DNA of 64,000 nucleotides from Balanoglossus misakiensis (lineage: Eukaryota > Animalia > Hemichordata), in NCBI GenBank assembly GCA_040954595.2, contig CM082584.2:12430875-12494874 (forward strand), in the 5' to 3' direction. The notes beneath the pieces were generated by a model that was not told the origin of the DNA, did not search any database, and worked only from the letters and a program-made list of their open reading frames with translations. Below are positions 26,601 to 39,500 of this stretch, one piece after another. Position 1 is the first letter of the stretch, and each line of letters begins with the position of its first letter. The translations under genes were made by a program, and so were the position numbers.

Positions 26601-29600
26601 TCTTGTGTTTCATGGTGCATCTTGTGTTTGATTTGGAGTGTGGAAAGCATGGGTTTAGTGTCTTTTACTAAAAAATCACCATGGTTATAAGAGTCATGGT
26701 TCATTAGTATGTGACATAATCTCATGAAGTGGATTGAAACCTGTTGCAAACTGGAAGCTTGCTTATATGACCGCATGGTTCAACTTTTGCATGGGTATAT
26801 ACCAGTGAAAATAAGTCGGTTTGCAGTTCTAACTATGAAATAACTCAAGTTATGAAGTGAAAATGGACGCCAGTTGGAAATGTATGAAAGACATTGGTAA
26901 CTGAAATTGCACAGTGTTGCCCTTGACTTGGTTCACGTTGAAGGGCTGAAAGAATTTTGTTTCTCGGGTGTGTTGCACATCTCATGACGTATCAGTATGT
27001 ACATACTCTAGCAGTGAAACTCCTTTTTGATCTGGGATTTTTTCCATTAAAGAGTACAGCATTTCTCCTTACAAAGAAGGTTTAGGAAATGTTTGTACTG
27101 ACTTTACAGCAGTGGTCTAGGTTGCACGCCTTTCCTCTTTCACTCATCTTTTTTAACAGTGAATTGCAGACAACCATGGCAGTCTTACTGATCATTGCAC
27201 CATGGCATGGCGGACCGTAAAACCTAACCAGTTCAAAGAGACAAAAAAAAGTCACTAATTCAGTGCAGATGCCTGCTCGTATATTCCCTAATTGCTTTGA
27301 TGCCATTTCTCAATAAATCCTTCACCAATACCAACCTCCATTTTCAAGTTTATTGTCTTTTTGGTTTTGTACTAACTCTTTAGACTAAGGCTTGCACTAT
27401 ACTGCTTTGCAGTGTGAATTCACGATTGATTGTCTTCGTCTAATCTTCTTAACTCAGACTTACTTCCTTTGTACAAACTACAGTGCCACCTGATGATAAT
27501 GGCATAAAATCAAAACCTGTTGTATTTTGTTGTTTCAAAGCGATGTGAATTAAGTCAGCGACACTGGGCTTTCTTTCAACAGCCATCATTTCCACAATAA
27601 ATTATTGACTTGCACTTCAACTATGACTATGCTTCATAGTGAGAATGCTAGAAATTGCCCTTGTTACAATTTCCTAAACAGCTGAATCATTGCATTGATT
27701 TGCAACTGCCACACAAGCTGCCACATAGTGATTATCACGTACGACTGCCAGTTGTCTGTTTTTCACCGAAAAAAAGTAACTTTTCCTCTCCTTCCTTTCC
27801 TGAAAAAAAATCACACAAATACAAATCTCCTTTGCTGTTGATCCTCCAGGACCAGAGCATCTAAAAAGTAAGCACATGAATATTCATGTTACCTTTCACC
27901 TCTCACCCCATTGTACTTTTTGTCACACCCTTGACCTATTCTCCATCCATCGGTGGTATGGCACGTATATTTTTATGTGTATGCCTAAAACACTCCGTAA
28001 TACAGTTCAGTACTGTTAAGACTCATAGAGAGAACAAAAGACAGAAAAGTAATAAGTAAGATAAATAACTGATACTTACAAAATAGTTTGTAACTGGTGA
28101 TGATTATTATTTGGCAAATTAAAATGTGAAAGTGGTCATGGGTGGTCAGATTCAACTTGATGGCAAACTCCTCTAGTATTATGGGATGAAAGTCAAAGGT
28201 CATAGGAATGGTCATATGTCTTCTAAATGTTTACTTTTTGATCTAAAATAACCGTCTGATGGATGACAACAAAGGCTGCTTGATTTAAATGGCTTTTAGA
28301 GTAACAACTGTTTTATACAACTGTAGTGTTTCTTGGATTGATTATGCACTCACACATTCAAGTCATATTTTGTAATGGCAGCTAACCTTTTGCCTGCAAT
28401 AGCGTAATGTCGCATATTAGTTGGGTCCAACTGTATAGAAACAGAGGAGAGACTGTTGATTGGATGGATGGAAATCCCTCTGTCCACTAACAATTTCCTG
28501 TGCATGGTTATTATCACAGGAAACAAACACAGTTTAAACTGCAGCGATAAACTGCAGGGAAAATAGAGTGGTTGACGTCTTTTAGATTTTATTGTCTGTG
28601 ATGAAACACACCATTCATTTCATGCAGTGGTGTTGCAATGTGTAGTCAACAGTCTTGCTACATTTCATCATCCATTGTTAATATCATCCTTCATCTATTT
28701 AACCCTTTCACCCCCATTTCCAAGTAAACTTGGCCAACCTCTCGTCACCTTTCCCCCAAGGAGTGCAATAGCCAAGAGGGACTGACCCAAATTGCATAAA
28801 CTTGGTGAATGGGGGTGAAATAAATTGCTTGATAACACAACGCTCCATAACATGTGTCAACTTCCGTTATGTGGCCAGCTTCCATCTGATTCACTATCAG
28901 AGCATGAATCACCATCATTACCCATCAGAATTCCCTTTGCCTGTAAAATATGTTACCCACCCTCTTGTCATTTGGATCATATCAAGGAAACTGGGTCTAA
29001 TTCTGTTTTTGCTGATTTAGAATTTGGAAATGTTTTTTTCCTTTTTGGTATGCTGCAACTGCCTTTAGATATGGGTGTTGCTAATTATTAATATAGATTG
29101 CCATGCAAGACTGCTATCTGTGATGTCGCAGTGGTGGAACAAACAGTTTGTTTTTTTGCTTTGAGTGCAGTGAAAATCATCTGGTAAATCATTGTTGGCA
29201 TGCTAGCCTGGACCAAGTCTTGTTGCACTCTGTGTAGCCGTATCTAAAATGTTTGTTTGTTTGTTGATATGCAGATTGACCGCCTCCACGGCCACACAGA
29301 GCACCATGTCGCCTCTGAAGTCTTCCAAAGTGACCAGTACAGGCGTTCACGTGGGAACTTCGAAGAGATCTACACGGCACAGTCATGGTGGCGCTAGTAA
29401 CGCTGCCCTCAGAAGGTGAGCTCAGTGTACTATTACTGAACATGTGAACAAGTGTGTGTGGTTGCTGTGAGCGAGATGGTTGTACAGTGGGAAATTCGGA
29501 GTGGAATTAGATTACCCAGAATGCATTGTTCAAGATGGCGGTGCTGGTCGTAATGTGGTAATCATAATGTATAACATCACTGTCACATTTGGACTTCAAA

Positions 29601-32600
29601 GAAAGTAATTCATGTTGCGTGAAGGAAGCATGACATTAGTGACTGGATGTGGGTGCTAAATGGCTGAAACGTGTCTGTAGTAAGAAGATAAACGATGTGA
29701 CATCTGTAAAGTGGTGGGAGGGGTAATAGGAGCTTTGCTTGAACAGCCTGCATTGCCTGGACATCGTGCGATAAATCCCGTCGACATCATTTCTCGCATT
29801 TAATCTCAAATACAGCTCACAGCCCCTCTGTGTATATTTCCATGAAAACCAGTATTTATAATTACCTGTGGAGGGAAAAACAGCTCATTAACCGATTTAC
29901 CTTTCCTGTGCATAAACTAACAAACAGTGGGCACCATGGTTGCACACAGACAAACATACACCCACACCCACGACCATAATGTGTTACAGATCTTTTATCC
30001 ACATATCTATTGTTGTCATCATATCATATATTATTGTGTCTCTCTTTCTCTCTCTTTCTTTCTCCTCCATATTCAGCTCATTGCGGCTTAGCAAAGAATA
30101 TAATAGTTCTGTCAATACAGATAGTACTTACAGTTCCCCCACAGCTGTTCCGGTCAAATACCATACTAGGTCTACTCCAGTAAGTTCCTAAACAATTCCT
30201 CAACTTTTTGAATTTTTATTTTTTAAGTTTTGTTATTTGATTTTGATCTTTTTTGTGTTTATAATTTTAAAAAAATATGTTTGAGTTTGCTGTGGTGTGT
30301 GCAGCGCATACTCACATCACGCTGGATTTTGTTTTTTTGCCGCACTGATTTTGTCTAACATGTTCTTTGGCATGGCTATTAATATCTGGGCGATGCTGTA
30401 GCTTTTACTGTGTCTCTGCCACCTACAAATCAACCCCTCCCAAAGTAAGGAGGGATGCCAACCCTCTCACCCCTATATACCCAGTGTATTAGCCCAACTG
30501 TACTGTTATAAGCAAAGGGGTTGAAACAAAGTATTAGGGGTGAGAGAGGTTAGTACGTTTCAAATGTCCCCCTTGTGTGTTGTCAGTGTCATCCCATCTC
30601 CCCTACCTCAACAACGGTGAAACCAAATTATAAGAAAAATCATTTGTAATAGCAAACTAACTCTAATCATTAATCATAACTACCAAACTGCTCATCGTCA
30701 TATATCGAAAAACATGGGTGTTCTGGGCTGCGGAAAAAACATTCACAAACACACACACAACAAACAAACATGTCAATAGTACAGAGCATGTGCAGTCATC
30801 TCTGTATTCTCACATGTCACATATCGTGGGTCTTGGACATGACTGGTGCATGGTATAGATTTCAGATCTCAAGAAAAGCCTCTGTTTGCTTTTGAAGGGC
30901 TTGTCATGGCATTATTGTAATGACTGCATGAGAAAGGTTAATACGCATACATGCAGAAATTGTAACGGAAGCTCTGAGACTAAGAGAGTTTGGACAATAA
31001 AGCATGTTGACAAAAAGGTCTGCCTGCATGTCAATGGAAGAGTGTATATGTGTAGTTGCATAACTGCAAGTGTATTGCCAGGTTACTGGTGTTGATGTGC
31101 ATGAGAGAGGGCACACTGAGAATTATCTTTAATTCACGACTCCTCACAGATAAAGCTGAGTCGCCACAATCTAACAGCATTTATTAACAGCTACTCTTTT
31201 TAAAACATTGATCAAGCTAACTTTCAATAGTAATAGAAATCTACTAAACATCTTATCATAGTATTGCTTTTCAGCTTACAGCTAAAGCTCTAAGCAGCTA
31301 TTTTGACAAACACATCACACTTCCTCAAACTGGTGAAATATATCCTGTAAAATGGGAAAAATTGGTCGCAGTTCATCCCAGTTAAATTTCAGAGATCATT
31401 ATGAAAAAAATCAAAATTAAGCTTTTGTGACAGTAATGACCATAGTAAAGTTTTCATGTTTTTCCATTCATTCCAATATTTGTAAACGTCTCAAATTCTA
31501 ATGGTATAATTAATCTGGTCATTTCTCATATCAAATAACTCAATATCAGGTAATCTAAAATAATTCTCATCAATTGTACAATGATCACAGGGCTAGTATT
31601 CCAGAGTCTTTTGTTGACATGACAATGGATGAAATGTTATCTAATGAATAACCCAAATGAAACCGAATCATACATTAATCTAATTTGTATCATTAGGTAA
31701 TTCAAGATCTTTATGGGGAATATGATTATTTGTACCAAGATCGTCGGTGAGTTCCCTTCCCTTCCCTTCCCTGAACCGCTCCATTGTCTGTCACTCTGTG
31801 TCTCCCATCAGTTGCTGTCCCCTCTGTTTATGTCTCGTAATCCAGTGTGTGATGTGTTTCACTTGTTTTGTTGTTGGTGTTTATTTTTAGCTGGGTGTAC
31901 AACAGCTGTTGCACAAAGTGCTGGTTTTGAATGCCAAGCTCTGCTCAGTTGTGGATTGCTAAGTGCTGCGCCAACGCACAGAAGAGTTACTCACAAATAT
32001 GCTCACACTAACTTCTTGTATGATAGTATCTTTCTCTCTTTATTTTGTTTCTGTTTTTCTGTTATATCAACTTTATCAATTGTTGAAGTTAAATTTTCAC
32101 GTGTTGTGGTCATTTTGTAGAAGAGAACTAAATTATCGACTGCCATGCATACACAAAATTGATTATTTACTTTTGGAATGCAAATGGCCATAGTTATACA
32201 GAGCTTGAGAGTCCTTCTACTTTATGACCACATCACAACTAAGTAACTGTCATCTTTTCACAGATATATTTCTACTACTCATCACTGTAAACGATAACTG
32301 ATTTGATCACCATTTCTCAACTAGGTATTACACAAGTCTATTCTACTGTCAGCTGACATTGTAGATAGTATTCTTGTTGTATTATTTGCCGTGTCGAATG
32401 TGTTTTAGGGCTATAGTGGTTGTATCGAAATAGCCCATGAATGGTTATGATTTTAATACCCGCACTTCATTAGGCATGGTCTGCCTGTGTTATCATTGGG
32501 TGTATAGACTGACTTATGTGTATTTAGCTGTTTGATATCTGAAATAGGCCCATACTGTGAGAAAAGGAAAATCCATCTGAATTTATCAGTTTCCCTGCTT

Positions 32601-33378
32601 TGTGCATGATCAGATTTGGAACCGTTTAGCACCTCTGAGATGCATGTGATATGAGCACATACGTGTGTGTACCAGTGACTGCATGTGGGGATGGGGGTGG
32701 GTGGATCTGCATGAGTTTGTGCCAAGGTTGGTTTGGACAGGTTATATTATTCCTCTGACCAATGTCAGCACACACAGCCAATGTTGGCTCAGTCATTCTA
32801 AGTGCTGACACTATTTGCTAGGAGATTCAGTTCCATAGGTTGTGGGTCCAGGTCCTTATATCACTCACCTTGCCGTAAGGGTCACATACGGACATTAACA
32901 AACAAATCACTACAGCAGACATTCACCTAAATACACCAATGTAACAAACACTCTATTGTAGCAAACATGCCAATGTAACAAACATGCTAATGACACTTCT
33001 CCATCATATACTTCCCTTTCAGTCGTACTACACGTATGCTTACCAATAAGTCGATGGTGCAGTCTTGAAGTGTTTTGTCCTGAGGTTGAGTTTGCAGACA
33101 GGAAGGGCAGGTCCCCACCCGACTTTGACTTCTCAGATTGATCATGTGTGAATGAAGAGAAGCCTGCAACTTGCTGCGTTATTTCCCCCTGAGCTTTGAC
33201 AGAAGATTCTCACCAGATACTCCTTCATTGGACTTTTCAAGACGGACCATCCAGTAGTTGAAGATGTCCCTCTAATGGCTGAGTCTCAAACCACAAATTC
33301 ACGATCACATAATCATGTTTCTGTTTTTTTAATCATTTCACTCTGTGTGTGCAGTCCTCGAGATATGTGCACAGCTGA
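8615..33378 (+). CDS. CDC14: Dual-specificity protein phosphatase CDC14 (pre-duplication CDC14A/B orthologue)
   Basis: Exons approx. 8615-8684, 8885-8975, 9083-9158, 11682-11774, 14014-14092, 19868-19996, 21610-21697, 21830-22060, 22294-22432, 22697-22848, 23543-23620, 25634-25746, 26029-26076, 29275-29415, 30077-30179 and 33355-33378. Motifs: [20 protein letters not shown], catalytic [28 protein letters not shown], terminal YVHS*. The core exons are very secure; the 3' exons are less so. Confidence 0.95.
26485..26511 (+). other. Candidate 27-nt symmetric microexon of CDC14 ([10 protein letters not shown])
   Basis: Pyrimidine tract plus ACAG acceptor, AG|GTAAAC donor, phase 2-2, no stop codon. 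Confidence 0.55.
27850..27867 (+). other. Candidate 18-nt symmetric microexon of CDC14 (TRASK)
   Basis: CTCCAG acceptor, |GTAAGC donor, phase 2-2, no stop codon. Confidence 0.55.
28699..28820. mobile_element. MITE-like element with terminal inverted repeats
   Basis: Begins TTAACCCTTTCACCCCCATT and ends AATGGGGGTGAAA (13-bp inverted repeat). Confidence 0.55.
30460..30552. mobile_element. ~90-bp MITE-like element (same family as 59626-59718)
   Basis: AACCCTCTCACCCCTA ... TAGGGGTGAGAGAGGTT inverted termini. Confidence 0.6.
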
Positions 33379-33771
33379 CCTAATTGGCTGATGAGTTTTA
33401 AAACTGAATGAAATTGTATATACATCAATTATGTATTTTTTAAAACTATTTAGAAAACGGGAACCCCTTGAACAAAAACGAGCACATAGAACCAGAAACG
33501 GATCTTCAAAACAAGTTTCTGCTCTGTAGAACAAAGTAGAGAATCCAGAGATATTTTTCCCCTTTCGTTTTCGTACTTATTCAAACAAACAAAATGAAGG
33601 TAGATATTTGTGAGACTCACTGTCAAGAGCTAGTTTGAAATGGGACGAATATGTATCAAAGAAGCAATAGAGTTTATCACCATTTAGTGCCAGAAATAAA
33701 TGTATAAAAAACCGTTCTTTCAAATTAATGTAATCGTAACTTTCTCAACTATGTTTTTGCTTTTATGGATT

Positions 33772-33860
33772 TTACCTTTTCACCAGCAAATTTTGGTGTA
33801 ACCCCCATTACCTTCAATGGAATGGCTGGACCTATATACGTAGATGTGGGGGTGATGGTG
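33772..33860 (-). mobile_element. Degenerate reverse-orientation copy of the ~90-bp MITE in the CDC14 3' UTR
   Basis: The reverse complement reads CACCCCC..TATAGGTCCAG..CCATTGAAGGTAATGG..ACCAAA..TGGTGAAAAGGTAA, colinear with 59626-59718. Confidence 0.55.
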
Positions 33861-36542
33861 TATGATGTAGTTCTACCAGAAAAATTAAGTGCTGCAATCT
33901 AAACTATATTCTCCTTCTTAGGTTACAGTTTTGTCTTGTCTTCCTTCAGATAATTATATTTAATTTTAAAGTTTCTTCATGTAGTTTTGTTGTCAATTTA
34001 CAGGACTAGTTTGATTTTAACATGAAAAAAAAAAACTAACTTTACATGATTTCTTGTTTGTTGTAAAAGTGGCAGTGTTTACATTTCACTAACAGATTTA
34101 CCTGAAATGGGCTGTGAGGGCAGTTTGTGGTTCCCGTTGCAGTTGTGTGGTTTTTGGTTTCACATCAGGAGTTTCTCAGTTCCCAGAATTGTTCTACACA
34201 AACTTGGTTTCTGTTTCGTTTATATCTCACAGACAAATAAGATTGTAATGATGTGCAGTTTTCAAAATTTGGTTCAACCTGAACTGTTCCTGCTATAAAG
34301 TGATATTTTGCCCAGAAAATTAAATTCCAGTGATGAATTTCCTTTGATGAATTTGCAGTTGTTTGAAGTCATATGCAGCTTTCATATGAAGTGAGTTTAT
34401 TATCATCTTGATTTCTGTATTTGACTATTTGATTGACTTTTATATTATAGTGATTGACATCGCTAGTTTTCTGCTGTAACTAATCATGCAGGGAACTTTG
34501 TACTCTGACCCCTGGTGACCTGTCAGTGTGACATAATTCCAAACACTGAAAAGAGATTCACCTCCATTCCAGGACCACAGCAGTTTACTAACAACAGTAG
34601 TATTGGAAAGCCTGTTGCTTTTAACAAAATGTTATATTTTTTTCTGATTTTATTTTCTTAATTTTAAAGCAGTTAGTTTTCAGACAAACAACAAAAATCA
34701 TGTTTATTTCTTTTAGTTTGTGTGTTTGCTTTACATTTTTTTAAAAGTTTTATTGCCAGATTATGGAAAAAATATCTGGCTTGATTTCAGTTCCACCAAA
34801 GATTTTTTTAAACATTGGTTTTACTAGATCCGCACAATTGGCAAACTAACTCACTGGTGTTTTGTCGTTTGATTGTATTTTTCGTCAGTCTGCATTGTGC
34901 ACAGCTGTGTAAGTGCATATCTGGTTAATGTCTAGGCATATCTAGAAGTTCATTTGCTCAGTTAAATTCATTTTCAGTGTAATATAAATAAGATGATTGA
35001 ATCACTACATGATTTGTGCCAAGTATGTATTTTTCTCGCATGTGTAAATAAGTTGCGATTGGATTTCTTTACACCTTTACCACTTATCACGGTGTAAAGA
35101 TGTTATTTTAATCATGAAAGTCATTTTTCAAAAATTTACATGATGAAGGTCCATGCAAACAATTTTGTTGACATTCTTTGTTTTTGTAGGGGTGGGTAGG
35201 GGGAGGGTGTTCGTGTGTTTTCCTCAAAGCACTTTGTTTTGAGGTACCAATGGGTAGGCCCCTGACAGTACTAACTAGTCCACGTTGACAGAAGTATTAT
35301 TGAGGGGCTTCACAGCACAGAATTTACAGATGGATGCCAAGAAATTTGAATTTGCATGGACTTTTTGACTGGCGAAGGATTAGAAGTGATATTTTGCAAG
35401 TCGAGGTTAACTTACCTTTCGGATTTTTGACTAGATGTTCATACAAATGGTCTGTCAAGTACCGAGGAATAGTAGCCTATGTTTTAGCAGGAAGGTTTTA
35501 TGCTTCGATCATGAATATTTGGCATAGCAAGAAATTCAGAATCCTGAGTAGGTTTCCGAATCACCTGTGTTCATTGGCCGTTCAGTAGCCAATAGGGAGC
35601 CAGGTATCCATATGTTCTGGTTGAAACCACCTGGCTTCAGTTGTAATCAACTGTTTTTAAATTTTGAAGAAAATTATGGAAAAAAATAACATTGTATATT
35701 CAGTGTATGTGTATAATCCAAAAATATTTGCAACTAACGTTGGTTTGCTTACAGCCTGTATAATTTCTATTTTCTGTAAATGTTACAATAATCTGAAAGT
35801 GTTTTTTTTCATGATCTTACAGTACAGCTACGTTTAATGTATTTTACATTGTTAATACAAAAAATTAGGACCAAAAATTGTATGAAATTCTTAGATCTGT
35901 ATATTACAAAATGTAAGATAGCACCAGAGAAGAATCCTTTTTCAGCTGAGCTTTATTTTTCTCAGTGTGTTGTAAATGTCTTATAAAAGAGTGTATAAAA
36001 TGAAGAATTTTTACATTTACCATAAAAATTACTGATATTTTCTGTAATTACTGACTTATCTGGGATATTTTCTACTTGAAGGACTTTTAGTTGCGATGTT
36101 CAAAGTGAAATCTTTTGATAGAGAAGATGTGGACTGAAGTTCTGTGGTCTTCTAACTCTAGTTTGATACCGGTGTTTTACTCAGTAAGTCATATTTTATT
36201 ATCTTGAAATCGAATAAAAATGCAGTAAAGGAACTACTTGCGTTGTCATGAGTTTTAGGTTTAACCTGTGAGGGTGCTGTTCACATTCTTGTCAATTGAA
36301 TGCCCCAGACTGAAACCATTCTTGACTTGACACTACATTCAAAGTTGGAGTTTGTTTTCTCAACAATGAGTAACCGAACAACTAGCATCTCGCCAGCGAA
36401 CCTTGGAAGCAGCCGTCTTGCTGATCACATGCTTGACATGTGACTGTCCTCCATTGAAGGCTTCAGTCAAATTTCTAATGGCAGCTCATACTTGACTCTC
36501 TTCTTGAAGGACAGCACAGCACAGCCATGCAGTGGAAACAGA

Positions 36543-39500
36543 CTAAAGGTATGCTATCCTGTTTGCAGTGTCACCTGAATCTCCACAACCTTTACCCTCT
36601 AACCCGAGTTCACCTATTTCCCCATAAATCATCTCTTGAACAATCTTGCGGCATCCAAAGTCCATCTCCTTGGCGACAGCCAAGAAGCACTCCTCTGCTA
36701 ATTTCCTTTCCTGGGGTTTCTCAGCAACCATCAATTCTCCATACAGGTATACTCCCATTGCCTGTGAACAGAGATCACATGTAGACATGAAGGAGGAGAA
36801 AGTACTCTATTTCGAGTCAGTCATTCTAGTATCCCAGGAACACTCATGTAGCTAATTTACATGTTGAGAGTTTCTCACCTGGTCATCAATCAGGAATCTT
36901 TTGACATCACTGTAGCGAAGTCTGTGTTGATGTTTGACCAGTAATTCACACCATCGATGTCTCACATCGGCATTACCGTTGCTGACGTTGTAAACCCTGT
37001 CAAGTTCATTCAGTGCCGCTTTCGATATCATGTCAAGTTCAAGTAACTTCTCCAAAAGCAGAACAAGTTGGTCGGGTATCAACTGAGAAGTGTTACAGTG
37101 TAGCATGTTAGATAATTATGATTCCAAGCTACTGCTCTTGTAACTGTCAATAAGTGTCAACAGGCTGCCGTGGTCAAGAATTCATCAAGTAATTTGTTAT
37201 TTTTTGTGTGGTCACAATCGAGCATTGGAGAATTTCCCTACCTTTGCATGTTGTCCTTCTTCTGATAATTTCATTTTTTTCCTCTGCGATTTCTTGGATC
37301 CTTTCTGGTGAAGTGAGTTAATGTGCAACCACCTGTTGAACTGTACGAAGAAGCTCTGTTATCAAATTTGATTCATGATGTTCTTTAAAATCAAGACTTC
37401 TCATCAAACACAATATTAAGCCATTGTAACTTTTCTCCCCTTACCTCCGCATTGACTTCTTCAACCAGACTGTTATTTTGTGTGAAATCCTCTGGGTTCA
37501 GGTTTTTGGGCATCCCTGGATAGTCCAGCCAGTTGTGATAAATGGTATCCATAGTGATTCCTTGATCCCTTCAGAACATGGAAATACAAAAATTAGCATT
37601 AGATGTATGTACTAGTAACTTCACTCTTAACATTGAAGGAAGGGATTCCTGACAGAAATATAAAATACAGAAATCCTTACCTGAGTTGTGGAAATGCATC
37701 GAAGTAGAGTTTGAAGAGTTCCTGAGATAAAACTTGCTGGCAGTGAAACTTCAACACATACTGTCTGATGACACTGTCAAAGTTACTCTGCCCGACCAAG
37801 TTAGCCAGATATCTCAGCAGGAAATAACCCTGGATATGTAGAAAACAGAGTTGTACTTCTTGAGTTCGGTGTCAGTTCACCTAGCGTACTGTTAGAGATG
37901 TGGTTAGGTTTCAACATTTCTACCATGGGAAAAAGAAGGTGAACTTATACAAGTTAATAACTGACCTTGATGTAATGGACTTGCATGAAACCCTTTTCAT
38001 GGTTCAAGCCATTTTTGACGAATGTCACTTCCCCATCCAGACTCTCACTGCCCTTTGTATCACTGCCACTCGGTCTCAGAGTTTGTAATTCTTCTTCTGT
38101 GTTTTCTAACTCGGCTTTTAGGGCACGATATCTCAGCAATGACCTTAAATCAGAATGAGCCTTTTGTTCCTCTGGACTCAACTGTTTTGCCTTGGCATGT
38201 ATCAGATCTTCCATATAGGTCGCAAATCCTTCACTCATCCACTCCTCTGTCCAGTCTCTGGCACCGATGATCAGCCCAAACCAGGAGTGACTGATTTCAT
38301 GGGCCAGTCGGATGCACATACTGTGGTCCCCCGACAGCAATGATTGTGACAGGAATATTATACTGGGGCTGAAATGAGTAGAGAAGTATTGCCATTACAT
38401 GTATATGACAGACACTTAGGCATGGTATGTGTGGTATCTGTCATGACAATATTGTGACATTTTAGAACTTATTTGGAAAGTTTTGGAAGAATTACATACC
38501 TTGCCATACCAAGGCTGGAGAAACACTTGGGCACAATGAGCAAATCCAATCTACTGAATGGGTGAGGGCCAAGTAATTCAAAGACAGCCTGCAGGTACAT
38601 TGGAAGACTTTCACCAAACTCATGGACAGTTCCCTCTAACAATGATGGTGGTGCATAGATACAACACGGTAGTACTGGTTCATCGTATCGTTTTACACGA
38701 CATGGCCATTTCTCGTTGTGTTGACACTGACGGGAAGACTCAGTTCTGAAATATGACAGAGTTATTAGTTGAATTATTATCATGACAAATACTCATAATA
38801 ATGAGAGCTGGAGCTTGTGTGTGGAGAAATGAAATGACAAACCTGTTAGAACTACTACTACTGCCTCGCACCACAGGGGTAGGTTGTTTGTTGGCAGCCA
38901 TGCTCACTCTTCTCCACTGTCCAATGGCAATCGTCAAGGTTGAGGATGGAGCCGGAACATTAATATGATAGAGGAAATCTGTAGAACCTTGAAAGAAGTC
39001 CAGAAATATAGGAGTGCAGATGAGAATTATACCAGTCTTGAATGGAAAATATACATAGTTGAATATCAACAATTACACATCAAATATACACACCATCATC
39101 CAGTTGCTTAGTAACTGCCTCATCATCCCCACTCATCAGTACGACATATTCTGATGGTGCATTGATGACAGCTTGCCATGTAGACATAGCGGTTGGTGGT
39201 TCTTGACATGGGAACAAGGCACGGTTGTTGATCCATGTACCTTGGGTGAATGCACAAAGGCTAAACAAAACAATGGAATATAAAAAAGAAATTAACATGT
39301 ATGAAATATCTTTGGCTGTTCTCTTAATTTTCATTCTATTTTCCCCAGAATTATATCTGTGCATTTTCAATACCACAAAACCTCCTCAAACTTACTTGTT
39401 GTCCTGATCATGTGCCCAACTTACAGAGGTACCTTCTCGGTTGCTATGGTAATATATTTTCACTACTTGGGGAAAGTCTTTTACATCATGAACTCCATCT

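Noticed and set aside
33376-33411. Stop-codon readthrough of CDC14 (TGA-C context, extension PNWLMSFKTE*)
   Set aside because: The context is TGA CCTA, not TGA CTAG, and the extension has no recognisable signal.
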